Assembly: GCF_009914755.1 (NCBI RefSeq)
Contig: NC_060941.1
DNA length: 64,000 nucleotides
Strand: one strand, 5' to 3'
Source of the DNA: the human T2T-CHM13v2.0 reference genome, Homo sapiens
Both the position numbers and the translations under genes were made by a program. Below the pieces are notes generated by a model. That model saw only the letters and a list, made by a program, of their open reading frames with translations. It was not told the origin of the DNA and ran no database searches. Numbering within the stretch: the stretch's first letter is position 1; each line of letters opens with the position of its first letter. Of the stretch, positions 28,771 through 42,479 are shown in pieces.

Positions 28771-30064
28771 CCCAGGAGCTAAACTGTCTCCTATCCACTC
28801 CCACCCCTCTCTCAGTCTTTGGCTATCTTCCTTTTGGTGGCCTCTGGGAAGTTCTGCCTAAAGAAATTATCTCCTATGGGCAATAAGGTAGAAGAGAAGA
28901 TTTCTCTTCGGCTCTGCCTCGTCCTAAGAGTGGGAGGCAGACTGTTCTAACCCCAGGCTGCCAGTGGACCAGGAGGGGGTGAGCCATCAGGTTAAGGAGA
29001 GAGGTGGGTCTAGGTTTTCCTGAGCTTTATCTTTAGGTGACTTCTGCCTCTCTAATAGCCCCTTCCTGCCCCTCCCACTTCCAGGAGAGAGGAAGCTCCA
29101 GGAAGCCCCGCACAAGCCCCTTCACGTTTTACCAACCAGAAGTTCCCATAGTGCCCAGGTAGAGGAGAGCCCAGAAGTTCTGGGGTGGACAAAGTGAGAG
29201 TCTGCGGCAGTCCCCACAGCCCTTGCCTCTGCACAGAGTCCTAACTTTCCATGGATAAGGGGGCTGGGGACAAGAATGGGGGACTCATCAGGCCAGCCTG
29301 GTCACTGGGTGGGGTGGAATAGGCAGCAGACAGCCCAGGAGAGAAGACAGCAAGGCCCATCCCAAGGGCTTCAAGGAACCATGGAAGGCCTTCCCTACGA
29401 GCTGGGGTCATTCATTCTTCCCATAAGAAGCAGAGGCTGGTGTCTGGAGTGATGTCTGCTGCGTATGCAATTATCATGCATCCTAGGGGTGAGGGGAGAC
29501 TGCAGAACACGTCCCCCCCGCAATCTCCCCAGCTCTGCACAAGCAGAAACAGCTAGGCTCTTTCTGTGGGGTCTCTGGGTCTGGGGTCTCTCTATAAGCT
29601 GAGTCTGGGGGCCCCTCTATGGGCCCCTGGGTCTGGGGTCTCCAGCATGCTTTGCCAGCTGGAATGGAAAAGAAGCCAGTGCCCTGGAATGCGTGTGTTT
29701 GCACAGGTGAGGAAGGCAGGCATGAGAAAACCCAACTCCCTTCCAGTCTTGGGTTACTCCACATCAGGACATGCAGGCAACCGAGGCAGGTGGCCTGGGC
29801 TACCAGGAGCCAGGATAAGGCTGTGGGGGAGCTGAGCCACCAGCTTGAAGTGCCTTGTGGGAGAAAACCCGAATTGGATTATAGTCCCCGGATGGAATGG
29901 AGTGTGGCAAAGCCAGTTCTGCTGGGGTGGGAGGAAAACAGTGAGTTTAGAATTCAGAGGACAGCTGAATCCTCTAGCCACTCCCTTCTCCATCCCCTGG
30001 GCTGGGAGGGCAGATGTAGGCAAGGTGTGCCTTCGGAACAGGAGGGGGCTGTCTGTAAGGCATG

Positions 30065-30104
30065 AGTGTGTGTGTGTATGTGTGTGTGTACGTACGTGTG
30101 TGTG
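30065..30104. repeat. Interrupted (TG)n microsatellite
   Basis: Read directly from sequence. Confidence 0.85.
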
Positions 30105-32700
30105 TATTCCAATATTCTCTTGGGCCAAATCCCCATTTTTTTTTTCTTAGCTTAAGCTGGGAAACAGTCTTCCCACCCTCCATGTGGCAAAGCAATATTA
30201 TCTCAAGGGAGAGGAGGTAGAGAGAGCCTGGGAGCTCTGGAAGGGAGCTTGAAGGTCCTCTAGTCCCACCCTCTTTTCTTATACCAAGGACACTGAAGAC
30301 CAGAGGGGGCAACTAAATTGCCAAGGTCACACAGCAGTAGGGGAGACAGGCAAGCTGACTCCAGCCCAATGCTTGTTCTTTACAATTTACTTCTTTGCCC
30401 TAAGGAGCAGAGGAGCAGCTTCTCTCTTTCTCCTCCTCTTCTCCCTCTCCCGGAGCACTGGATCCCTCCCCAGCAGGGTCCCCTGCACTCTGGCAACCAC
30501 ACCAGCCAAACTCTTCAGGATGCCCAAAGTTCATCTGAAAGGTCACGCTGACCAGTCCCCTGCCGCTAGGTCCAACACTAGTCTACGGGTGCTCACAGAC
30601 CACCGTCATTGAGGTGAAAGATGCAAAAATACCACTGGAGCCTCCCATCCTGAAGTGGCCACACGCTGGGAGGTTTATCTTCCTATCTAACCTCGATTCC
30701 TCCTACTACAGCGTGGGCCTGCTTCCTCTCAAGCTGTCCTATGCAGAGATGGAGGCAGGGGGAGAAAAGCAGGTTTCCAGCCTCCACACCCTTATGTTTG
30801 CCCACCCCCAGCAGACAGGATGAGGGCAGGGTGTCCCTGGGTGGCTGGGCCCAAGCCCAGTGCATGCGTGGGGCCCGAAGGGTGGGATGAGGGAACAGCA
30901 GCCTGGGTATGGGGGAAACAGCTCTTCTAGGAATCGCCCCTCCAAGTCCTCATCCTCTGCAAAATCCTAACTAAGTCTCAGGCTTAGACTTCTCTAAGGA
31001 TTATTATCTTCTCTGGGTTCAGAGATGTCTGTCCCCTATCCCCTCATAATTGATTGTTTATTATCCCAACAATAAGTTGATTGTTTAGTATATGTCCGGC
31101 ACTGTGCGGGATGTTTTCATCTGTTGTTTCATTTAATCTTCACAATTCCAGGATCAGAAACGAATCTGTCCCCTGGGACCATCCTTCCTTAAGACTAAGT
31201 CTAACCTTGATCTCTCTTGCTGCATTTCCTCTGGCCCAGTCCTCCTTGGTGGCATTTTTGTTCCTGTCTTCAGAGACTCTTCTCATGACTCAGTGGCCTA
31301 CATGATCTTTTTCCAGGCTATCAACCTTTACCCAGCCCTGCCCCAGGACGGGGTAGATATGTAGGTAAAAGCGACCAAGGCATGCGAAGAGGCTCTGGGG
31401 GAGGTCCCCAAAAGGTCAGGCAGGGCTGTTGGAGGTACGGGCAGGACTAGGGTGGCAGGCTCTCCTCCCTCATAATGTCCATGACCCCTGCAGGGGGCCT
31501 GGGCCCCATCTTCTGTGTGGTAGCTAAGAGGGCCCAGAGAGGCAATGAATGACCTAGTCCTTCTCACTGACCATCTCTGAGGCCCAGGTTTCAGCACACA
31601 CATCCCCAGAGCCCAGGGGAATGGGCAAAAGCAGGCAGGGGCACAAGGGCAGGACTTGCCATGGGTTGAGCCTGGGAGGTGAAGCCGGAGGAGGAGCTCT
31701 GACACCTGGCTAAGCTCCCGGCAGAGGGCTAGCAGGCCCTGGAGGGTGCACAGCCTCAAGCCCCTCTGCCGGCTGCAGTATCAGGCCTCCGTGGGGTTCT
31801 GCACACCCCATCCTAGCTAGCCACAGGCAACTTTGGTGAATTCACCCACCACTTGGCTTCTCTGTTTTGACCTTTTGGAGCAGAAGTGCTGAGGGCAGGG
31901 GTCCCCTCGACTACAGCCATCCCCCCAACCCTGCCCCCAGCATGGCTGGAACACAGGGGCCAGACTCACCTCCCCAGGGAATGCTCAAGCCCAGCTTTCA
32001 CCCCTCTGGGAAATCGGAGCAGCAAAAGCATGGGCCAATGGGCAAGGGGAGTTGGAATGGTGGGTGGGACTCTGGGCCGGGTGTGGGCGGCACCCTCCCC
32101 CTTCAAGCAGGCACCATTAATATATGCAAAGCATATGCAAATCACCCAGAAGAGAGACACAACACCGCTGGAATGTCACAAGAAACCTTGGAGATCAGCC
32201 AGCCCACGCCCCCTCATTTCACAGGTGAGGAAAGAGGCCCGCGCTGGGATGGGACTTGCTCAAGGTCACGCAGACATCTGGGCACTGAGGAAGGATAAGA
32301 ATGAGCTCTCTTGACTTAGTGCAGTGCTTTTTCCACCAGGGTCTTGTCTTTCTGCTGGGGGGTTTATAACATTGCAAAGGGGCCCCAGGGCGTGGATGGG
32401 GCTCCAGGCAGGCCCATCAGAGACATGGGTGGGAGATGGAGCTGAGAGGCTTCTTGGATGCCTCCCTTACCGCCTCTGCACCTGGAGATGGTCTGGTGGG
32501 TGTGAGGGGCAGTGCAAGGGCAGCATAGCACCTGGGGGGCCGCGCGGTTGGAGGGGCGGGAGGCTGGAGGTAGGCAAAGAGAAATATGAGGGGCAGGGCA
32601 GAAGAGCAGGGAACCTGGGGTGTTTGAGGCAGGGGAGGAAGAGCCCAATGTCAGGGCAAGGTGCCTGCTGTGGTGTGGGGAGGGGGATGGCGCCCTCAAC

Positions 32701-32760
32701 ACATACACACACACGCACACACACACACACGCTCGCGCGCACACACACACACACACACAT
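32701..32760. repeat. (CA)n microsatellite with embedded (GC)n
   Basis: acatacacacacacgcacac...gctcgcgcgcacacac. Confidence 0.9.
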
Positions 32761-35555
32761 CGCTAAGTGCTCTGCAGCCCTTCCTGGACTCTGACAATTA
32801 TGGCACCTGACAGACCATAATAGTTAACCCAGGCCCATCCCTTCTGAGGCCACTTCCCCGCCCCCAGCTTGGCTTCTCAACCTTCCAGACAGTCCTCGAA
32901 AGCAGGGCCAGAGCTGGGGAAAGGAAGGGGAGGCAGACAATGGGAGGGGTGGTCAGAGGGAGGAAGGGGGAGGCAGAAGAAGAGACGAGGACAGGGTTAG
33001 AGAGAGAGACAGCAGGAAGGGCAGCGCAGGAGAAATTGACGAACAGGGAGCGGGAGGGGAGGAATGGGAAGACGGAAAGGCACAGAGGAGAGATGGGGGA
33101 GGGGCGAAGACTGAGGGCATCCAGGGGAGTGCTCTGGAGCCCAGGTATCGGGTAGAGGAACCCTGACCCCGAGGTTCTAGGCTGCTTGGCAGGAGTTGGG
33201 GACCATGCCCCTGCCCCTCTGCCCACCTCCCCCAGAAACTCCCCTGGCTGCCAGGAACTCAGTCCTCCCTCCTTCACTGCCTCCCTCCCTTCCTCCCTCG
33301 GGGCAGGCACTGCTTCCCAGCCAAATCCGAAGCCTTCATCTCCGCTACTCAGAGCTTGGAATGAAAGAAGGGGAAGCGAGTACAGCCCTCAAACCCGCTG
33401 ACGGCCAGATTTTTATTATCTTTGCTCGAATGGGCCCTAGGAAGCCAGTGAGGGATTCTTCAAAGAGCATCTGAGTGCCTCATTGAAGCCTGCACCTGCA
33501 CCAGCCCACCCACAGCAGGCAGCCAGGACTTGGGGGGCACAACCTGTCCCCCACCCCCCACAAATCCTAGAGTCCAGAGCCTCAGCTACCAGGAGACTCA
33601 CCCTCAGCAGCTTGTGCCCAAGCAGGGGTCCCTAGGTCAGGAAACCAGGCTTAAAGCTAGACCTAAGTCTGCTGGGCCTCTGAGGCAGTCTGTGTCCCTC
33701 TCTGGGCCTCAAGGACATAAATGAAGAAAGAAAACAGATTTCCTTGCCAGGGCTTGGAGGAGATAAATGCTTGAGATTCCTCGAAAGAGCAGCTTTTATG
33801 GCAAGCCCTGGATCCTTCCCCTGAACTCCCTGCCTGCCCAGCACCCACAGGCCCCTTTGCAAGAGCACCCCCCACCACAGCTGCCTCTTCATGTGCCCCA
33901 GGCCTGCTACCCAGGATGACAGACGCCATGAACTGTTCTTCCTTGAGCCCCAAACTCAGCTCCCTCAGTTCAAATCCTCAACACTGTCTCCCTTCTTTCC
34001 CCAAAACCTAACCTGGGGTGGGGGTGGGGGCTCAACAAACTGGGTACTTCAAAGAGCCCAGCCGCCTCCCTCCTAAGCACTTCCAGGGCTGGGGTTTTGG
34101 CAGAGAATTCCAAGGTTGGCATAGGCAGATGGCAGCCATGCCACCCCCACCCTCTAGCTCTGACCACACTGTCGATGCCCACAGCCAAAGAAGGAATCAA
34201 TGGTTCTAATTAAACCCTTTTTCCAGGGTGGGTCCCTGGCGAGAGAGAGGGAAGAGGGAGAGAGACAGGGAAGGGAGGGGGGAGAGGGGGAGAGAGAGAG
34301 AAAGAGAGAGAGAGAGCGCGAGAGTGCATCAGAGAGGCCCTGCATCCCAGTGCCCAACCCAGTATCCTGCACATCTTTAAGACGCCTGGAACCCAGCAGG
34401 GATGAGGCCACGAAGACCCCAGACCCTCCGCATTAGGCAAGGAGGCAAGTAGAGGGGCAGGGGAAAGCCTGGGGTGGGGGTAGCTCTTTGAGGGGTTCAT
34501 TCGAGCGACCCTTCCCCTAGTGGAGCATCCCTCTCCACTCAGCACTCCCCGAGGACCACAGTTGCCTCTTCCAGATAGAGCTCCAGGGCACAGACAGTGG
34601 GAGCCAGAAGGGGGATTTGTGCCTCCATCCCAGCCTTGAGGGTCATCACAGAGAACCAGCCATCGTGGAAAGGGCAGAAGAAGCAGGAATTGTTGTGGGG
34701 GGACTGGACAAAGACCCTCTTGTCCCCAAGGCAGGGTGGCAGGAAGCCAGGGCAAAGCCTTTGCACTTGCTGCCAGTGGTGCCTGGGTGCCAGGCAGTCT
34801 GGGTGGGGACAGCGGGGTGGAGGGGGGGTGCATCTTATTCTTGGAAACCCTCCCCTTATGCCCAGAGCCCTCACCCCATCCCTTGCTTCTACCCCAGGCC
34901 ACCAGCTAAGTCTCTGTCCCCAGCAACTCTCAGCTTGCCTGGAGCACTCCTTCCTGTGTGAATGTTCCTTCCCATGTCCCTGACACCTGTATGGAGTGGC
35001 CCATCACCAACCAGAACCAGCAAAACCCCTCAAATGCACCATAGCTGCTCCCCACATACAACCACACCAGAAACCACCACCATCACAGCTGCCACCAGTG
35101 GCGACAGCCTCACAATCTCCATCAAATGCATCATCAATTTTTAAAGATCAACAAGAGGGAAAGGGATGGGAATAAGAGAAACTGAGGCAAGGAATTAGAC
35201 AGCAAAGCAGTTGGCTCAAGGTCACCCAGACCAAGATACCAAGAGTCGGGAAGAAGGTATCCTGACGACCCCCCAAAAGTGCTCAAACCCCACCCAAAGG
35301 AACATTCAGGCCCACAAACCTGGAAGTCTGGTCAGCTTCCCTCACTCCCAAGCCTCACCTGTTTCTCCCTTCCCCAAAACAGACAGCAGCTCCTCCATCT
35401 CCTTTTGAAAGGCTGCTGCCAGAAACCCCCACCCCCAGCTCGGGGAGCCCACTTTCCTTAAAGTTGGGGTGCTGCAGGACCTCCTTGTCCCACAACATTT
35501 GAGGAGGGGGGCTGGGAAGATCCCCCTCCTTGCATACTTCCCCGCGCCTGCTCAC

Positions 35556-35679
35556 CTGGCTCCCCTCGGCCCCCAGGGTCCCTCGGTCCAGCCTCCTCCC
35601 TGGGAGAGCGGGCTCTGCCCTCCGCCGTCCTCTCCCACCAGGCCAGGGCAAAGCGCCGGAGGCACTGCCAGGGCTGCAT
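35556..35679 (-). CDS. SRCIN1: SRCIN1 alternative first coding exon 1b (MQPWQCLRRFALAWWERTAEGRARSPREEAGPRDPGGRGEP)
   Basis: ATG at 35679, 124 nt (41 codons + 1), donor CAG|GTGAGC; phase 1 matches exon 2. Peptide resembles my recollection of the rodent p140Cap N-terminus. Confidence 0.88.
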
Positions 35680-36479
35680 GGGGACGCGTGGGGCTGGGGG
35701 ACGAGCACCAGCAGCCGCACACGCCCCGCCGGGCCCTGACAGCTGAGCTGCGGAGGCACCCGGCCTGTCCCCTCTGCTTCCACCAGCATCCTGCTGCCCC
35801 CACCGACAGGACTCGGAGCTGGCCCGGGAGCTTCTGACGTAGCAGGGGGGTGCGTGGGAGGGGAGGGGGGGCCACGGTGCGTCCCCTTCCCAGCCCCACC
35901 CTCCACCCCTCAGCCGCCTGCCTTCCCTATCTTCTCACTCACCCTAGATGCCCTCCCCAGCTGGGGGCGCCCTCCCCTGCCCCCTGGCCTCTGCAGGGGG
36001 AGGGGTTAAGATCAAATAGCCCCTCCCTAAACCCCTCCCTCTCGTGGCCCTCCCTACCCGCTGGTAGAGCGGGGAGCTGGTCCCCAGTTTCTGCAACTGC
36101 TGCTGAGGCTCAGAGGTCTCCAGGGCTAGGGCCTCGAGGTGCGGGGAGGGGGGGTGTGTGGAATACAGGCTTGTATCCTGGCAACGCGGCCAACCCCAGA
36201 ACGCACTCATCCCCTTCCCTCCCTGGAGGCTGGCGCAAAGGGCCCACCACCACCATCCTAGCCCGTGCACCCCATTCTGGGAGCTGGGGGAGGGAGGCCT
36301 TTGATGCACCCCTCACTTCTCCATCCCCTTCCCCTCCCCTGCATCCTCCACTTCCCCCACCTCGGAGGGACGCCCTTCTCCCCCCACCCTCCTCACCATC
36401 CATCCCCCTTCTTCTCCTCACCCCTCCCCCTTCCACACAAGCCCCTTTACAGTTGAACCCCTCTGGCCCCCACCCCGGG

Positions 36480-37950
36480 GCGTAGTGAGGCCCTCCCCAC
36501 CCAGTCTCCTGCCTCGCCACCCTGCCCCCTTCTCTGGTCCCAGCACTCCTCTCGCCCGGGTCCTTCTCCCAAGCCCGGCGCACAGCGGTCCCCTGCCCCC
36601 ACACACCTGCGCCCCAGCATCCCTCGCCCCGCCGGCCACCGCCTCCCCGGCCCGGCCGCCGCCCCCGCCCCCGGCCGAGGGGGAAAACACACAAAGAAAA
36701 CAGAAATACCTTCCACTTAAGCATGGAGGCACATTAGGGAGGAGAGAGACAGGGACATGCCTTGGGACGGAGCGTTCCCCATCGGGCGGGGGCGCGGGGG
36801 GCGGGGGCCCCGGGCCGGCCTGCCTGGCGCTCGCCCTCTCGCCGCCTCGCGGGCTCCTCGCTCGGCCCCAGCCCCGGGGCGCGGTGCCAGGCGGGCGGGC
36901 CGGGGGCGCGGGCCCCGCCGGGGTGGACCAGCTGGGAGGGCGCCGGCGGCCGGGCGTGTGGGTGAGCGCGCGCGCGGGCGTGTCACCGAGTGTGCGAGAG
37001 CGAGTGTGTGTGTGTTTGAGTGTGTCTGCGCGCGCGCGGGCCGGCGCGGGTGTGTCACTGCGGGCGGGCGCGCGCGCGGCGCGGGCGCGCGCGTGTGGCC
37101 GGAACTTACAAAGGGCCGCCCGGGGCGGCGGGGGCGGGGGAGGGGAGGGGGCACTGCGCCTTCTCGCGCCCTCCAGCTTCACCGCGTGATCCCGCAGCGC
37201 GCGGCCGGGGCCGGGCGCGGGGCGCGCTCACTCTCTCCTTCCCGCGCCACCTGCTTCGTCCCACCCCAAGTAGTCTTCGCGCCACGATAGAGACAAATAC
37301 ATTGACCGAGGACCGGCTCGGAGGAGGCACCCGGGGAAGCGGGGACACTTGGAGGGTGGAGGACTCCTGGGTCTCCAAGCCCGGGCGCGCCTAGGGATGG
37401 AAAGGCTCTCGGGGCTGGGTGGGGAGGCGGGGCGGCGAGACTGGGGGCTCCCTTCAGCCAAGGTGACCGCGGAAACCAACAGCCGCCCCATGCTGGGAGC
37501 GCCCGGATCCTCCTCTGCTTCTGCCTCGCGACCCCTCACCCCAGCGCGCCTAGACGCGGCTCGGTCGGAGGGTCTGGGCTCCCCGGCGCCCCCTGCTGGG
37601 CCGCCGCCTCGCCCCCGCTCCGGGTTGCAGCCCCTCCTGCAGGCGTGCGCGGGAACTGCAGGCAGGTCCGCGCCCCTCCGGCCAGTGAGACCCCACCGTA
37701 GGACGCTCCAGCGACGGTCCCTGCTCACGCCTCGCTTGGCGGCGTCACTGCCGCCTCTACTTCAGCCCGCAGAGCACTAGCTCGGCTCCACCCTGCCGTC
37801 CCCCGCCCCTCCGCGTCCCACCTTCGTTGGCCTACCTGTTGGCTCCGCAGACTTCTCCAGCGCTGACCCGGACCCAGACCCAGACCCAGGCCCGCGCCGA
37901 CACCTCGTGATTCCAGCGGCCCCCTCCCTCCCTCGCTCCGATGCTCTGGC
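36480..37950. promoter_or_regulatory. CpG island / main SRCIN1 promoter and 5' UTR
   Basis: Very high GC and CpG density, GC boxes (GGGCGG), (CG)n/(TG)n tracts and G-runs surrounding exon 1a. Confidence 0.9.
36761..36782 (-). CDS. SRCIN1: SRCIN1 first coding exon 1a (MGNAPSQ + first base of Asp codon)
   Basis: Minus strand reads ATG GGG AAC GCT CCG TCC CAA G|gcatgt. The 22 nt (phase 1) join exon 2 'AT CCG GAG' to give MGNAPSQDPERSSPP, the N-terminus I recall for human SRCIN1. Lies in a CpG island. Confidence 0.93.
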
Positions 37951-40900
37951 CAGTCCCTTCTCTCTCAAGCTTTCTTGCGGAGGAGAAGGTGGGCTGAGTC
38001 CCCTGTCCCTTTTATTTACTTCTGGAGTTTCCAAAAGCAGTTTAGGTGAGCAAGAGAGTGGACACAGTACTTCTATTCACTGTGGGCCATCAGGCAGAGT
38101 GGCAGGCAGGCAGAGAGCCCAGGAGAGGAGACCCCACCCCAAGTGGCCCAAATGACAAACCGGTTTCCCCACTTCCTGGTCTACCCAGTTGCAACCTTAA
38201 TCTGGGCTCTCCCAATTTCCTATCCACCCCCAGGCCTGCCCCTGAGCCAACCACATGCCCAGCTAGGGACAAGGTCCCAGATTCCCCTTAGAGATAAATA
38301 ACCAATTGCAGTAACTCAGATGCCAGGGCCAGGACCAGAGGAGAGGCCCTTCCCAGCTCCAGTGGGACAGATCAGGAGGACAGCCAAGAGCTGTGTCCTG
38401 GACACACAGTCTGGGCACACGACCCCAGCGGCAGGCACCCTGACTTCTTCCCTCCTGGGCCAACTGCCTCTCCCTCTGCCAACTGGATGGTGCCCATCTT
38501 TTGGCCTCTGAGCGCACAGTGGGCATCCATCCAGTGCCCTGCCTGGCTGCCTGCCCAGGATGGGCATGGGAGGCAGCAGGCTCTGTGTGGGGGAGGCTCA
38601 GGGGAGGCAAGGGTAGCTTCCCCTCAGCACACGGACACCACCTCCCAAGCGGCTGGGAGCCCAGAGCTCTGGCACAGGTCGCTCCTCCGTTCAGATTCCT
38701 CACCCACTGACTGCACAGGACTCCTGCCCTTCACCTGCCCCCAACTCAGATTCCCCCCAAGGGACAAGATTTCTTCCCTCCCCCACTTTGTGCCTAAGGG
38801 GAAGAAAATTAGCAGGTGCTCTACCATAATCTCTAATTTTACCCTTTCGACAGCCTGATGGAAGTGAGCATTTTCAACCCCCTATCAGAGAGATATAGCC
38901 AATTGCCCAATGTAAGAGCAGCAAAGTTGAAATTCAAACCCACATCTGCCTTATGTCAAAGCTCCCTGCCTTTCTTCTATCACCATCATCTCATAACCCT
39001 GTGGGTCGCCACAGCAGGGACAACCCCTGGGACACAAAGTCTCATAACCATATAGTCGTTAGAAGAGAACTGAGATCAGGAATGTGGCTGAGAGTTAAGA
39101 TGTATAGCCATGCCATAATCAGGAAGGAGACAGGGATCTGGTCCTATTGTGGAGAGAGTGACCTGAGGCATTACCTCTAGTTGACAATTGAAAAGATGCT
39201 TGTGCCATCATGTGGAGATTTGCCTGCCCAACCCCAGTGGCTTGGGGTGGGGTGGGAAAGGTTCTGTGATGCAGCCCCCAGGGATTGGAACAGTTCCAAA
39301 GGTGTCAGCAGAACGAAGCATCCATTTTTACCCGCCCTAAGGTGAGCTCGCTCATCATGAAGGCCACCTCCATAGTGAGGAGCTTAAATCAGATTTATGT
39401 AATATTTTTAATTTGTATAGCTCACCTTTTAATGATGAATCCTTAGCATTTCTGATCATCTTCATAGCTATCAGCTCATTTGAGACCCTTCTGCCCTCTC
39501 TTCCCCAAAGATGCTTTGTCCACACCCACCCTGCCCAGCTGACTCCATGGGTCTCCTGGAGGGGTGAGAAGGGATACAGCTCCCTGAATAGAACCCAAGG
39601 TCCCAAGGCTGAAAGTGGAGCCAGAGGACAGATGGCCTGGCATCATCGCCCCTCATTGACCCCAAGAAAAATACGTGCCTTTCCCTCCTCCCACCAGGTC
39701 TCAAAAGGAGGGGTTCCTGGTGGAGAGAGAAGGCTGGGGACACCATCTCCACTGATCAGGGCAAAAGCAACACAGGTATTACTTCAGCTGAGAGATGAGA
39801 ATTGCTCCTGTAAGCTGGCATGGTGCCCAGGCACAACCAATTTGCCAGCTGCCTCCACCTGAGATGCCTCAGGTGCCGCCCCGCCCCCGCTCTCATTCCT
39901 CAACAGGTAACTTCCCTCTGGTCCTCCTCTCCTGTGCCTCTGGCAGTGTATTTGGTGGGGAGGGGGCAGCTGGCATGTTTGGGGCTTGGAACAGCAGATC
40001 CTAACCACTCACCTTGCCTCCCCAAACATCCCACCCAGCCCTCACCTGTTCCTGGGAGCTTGCGAGAGAGAGGTTATGGGGGTGCACCCTAGAGGAGAGA
40101 ATTCTCAGCCCTGCCTCTCCTTCCCCAAGATGCAATAGGAACAGGGGTTGCATCTGGACAAACATCTGGGCAGGCAAAGGGAGATGGGCCTTGGGGTGGG
40201 CAGAGAAGGGCATCTGGGCCTCTAGGAGAAGGCACAGGGAAAAGGTGACGTGGAAATAATGGCTGGGACACCCCAAACTGGTCACTCTGCTGCTTTGGAG
40301 CACCCCCAGCCCAGTATCCTTGAGAAAGCCCCCGGTCCATGGGGCTGTTGTCTGGCCAGGCATTTCATGAGACCCCAAGGAACCATCCACATTCCACTAA
40401 GGGTGGCCTGCAGACAGTGAGGGCCTGGGGACCTGGTCCTATTCTGGGTCAAGTAACCAGGGGCAGTGACCTAGCACCTGGGGCACAAGAGGGGTGGGGG
40501 AGGAGCCAAGGAGGAGGAGGGTGCTTCCCGCTGCCCCAGGCCTGCTTCTGGGGCTTTCTGAACACAGCCTGGTCTCCCAGAGCCCCTAAGCCTCCCTTCT
40601 CACATTCCTCACCCTCCTGCTCCTCCTCCCACTCCATAGGAGAGGAGTGAGTGGCAGTAAATTTCTAAAGACCCTCCCCGCTTCCCTGCTTGTTATTGTA
40701 ATGAATGCTAATGATGCTCCCTAACTGATGCCCTCATTAGCACATCAAACCCGCTTTCTGAAGAATGGAGACAGAAAGTGGAGGCAGGTTCTCTGGGGTC
40801 GGAGCCGTAGCCAGCCTCCTCCAGAGAACCTTATCCCGTTGCTTCTGGCAGGGAGGGACCAGCGTAGGGGCTTGGAGTGAAAAGCCGAGGTGTTCCCCTC

Positions 40901-41036
40901 CCAGTGGGAATTTCCTGAGCACAAGGCTGTCTTCCCTGTCAGATGGCAAGGGTTCCATCTGTCCCATCAGACTGGGAGCTCCTTGAGTCAGGCACCTTGC
41001 CCCCCTCATTAAGCCAGGGCTCCCCCTGTGGTAGGG

Positions 41037-41551
<515 letters not shown>

Positions 41552-41791
41552 TGATCCCCTGCTGTGTGCCAGGTCCATGCTCGGTGCTGCTGATGCCAGT
41601 GGATCTCCTTTCTCTGTAGGAGGGGAGAATAACCGCAAGGGAGAGGGTTCCTAGCACCCACCTCACTCTGGGTGACCTCCCAGGGCCTAAGTGGGGAGAG
41701 GGGCTTGTGGCTACAGTCCATAAGCATGCCTGCAGCTCCCCACCTCCTCCCTTCCCACTTGGTCCCTTAGGCATAAGAATTGTCGGGATGG

Positions 41792-42428
<637 letters not shown>

Positions 42429-42479
42429 GAATTGCCCGGGTGGGTGGGTGAGTGAACTGCAACCTTAGTGCTCTAGTTG

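Noticed and set aside
35850-37780. Multiple 140-250 aa ORFs across the promoter
   Set aside because: CpG-island artefacts; only the 22-nt exon 1a in this span is supported by splice phase and protein recognition.
38623-38642. REST/NRSE-like CTCAGCACACGGACACCACC
   Set aside because: Spacer is one base short and both half-sites mismatch the consensus TTCAGCACCNNGGACAGCGCC; not supportable without ChIP.
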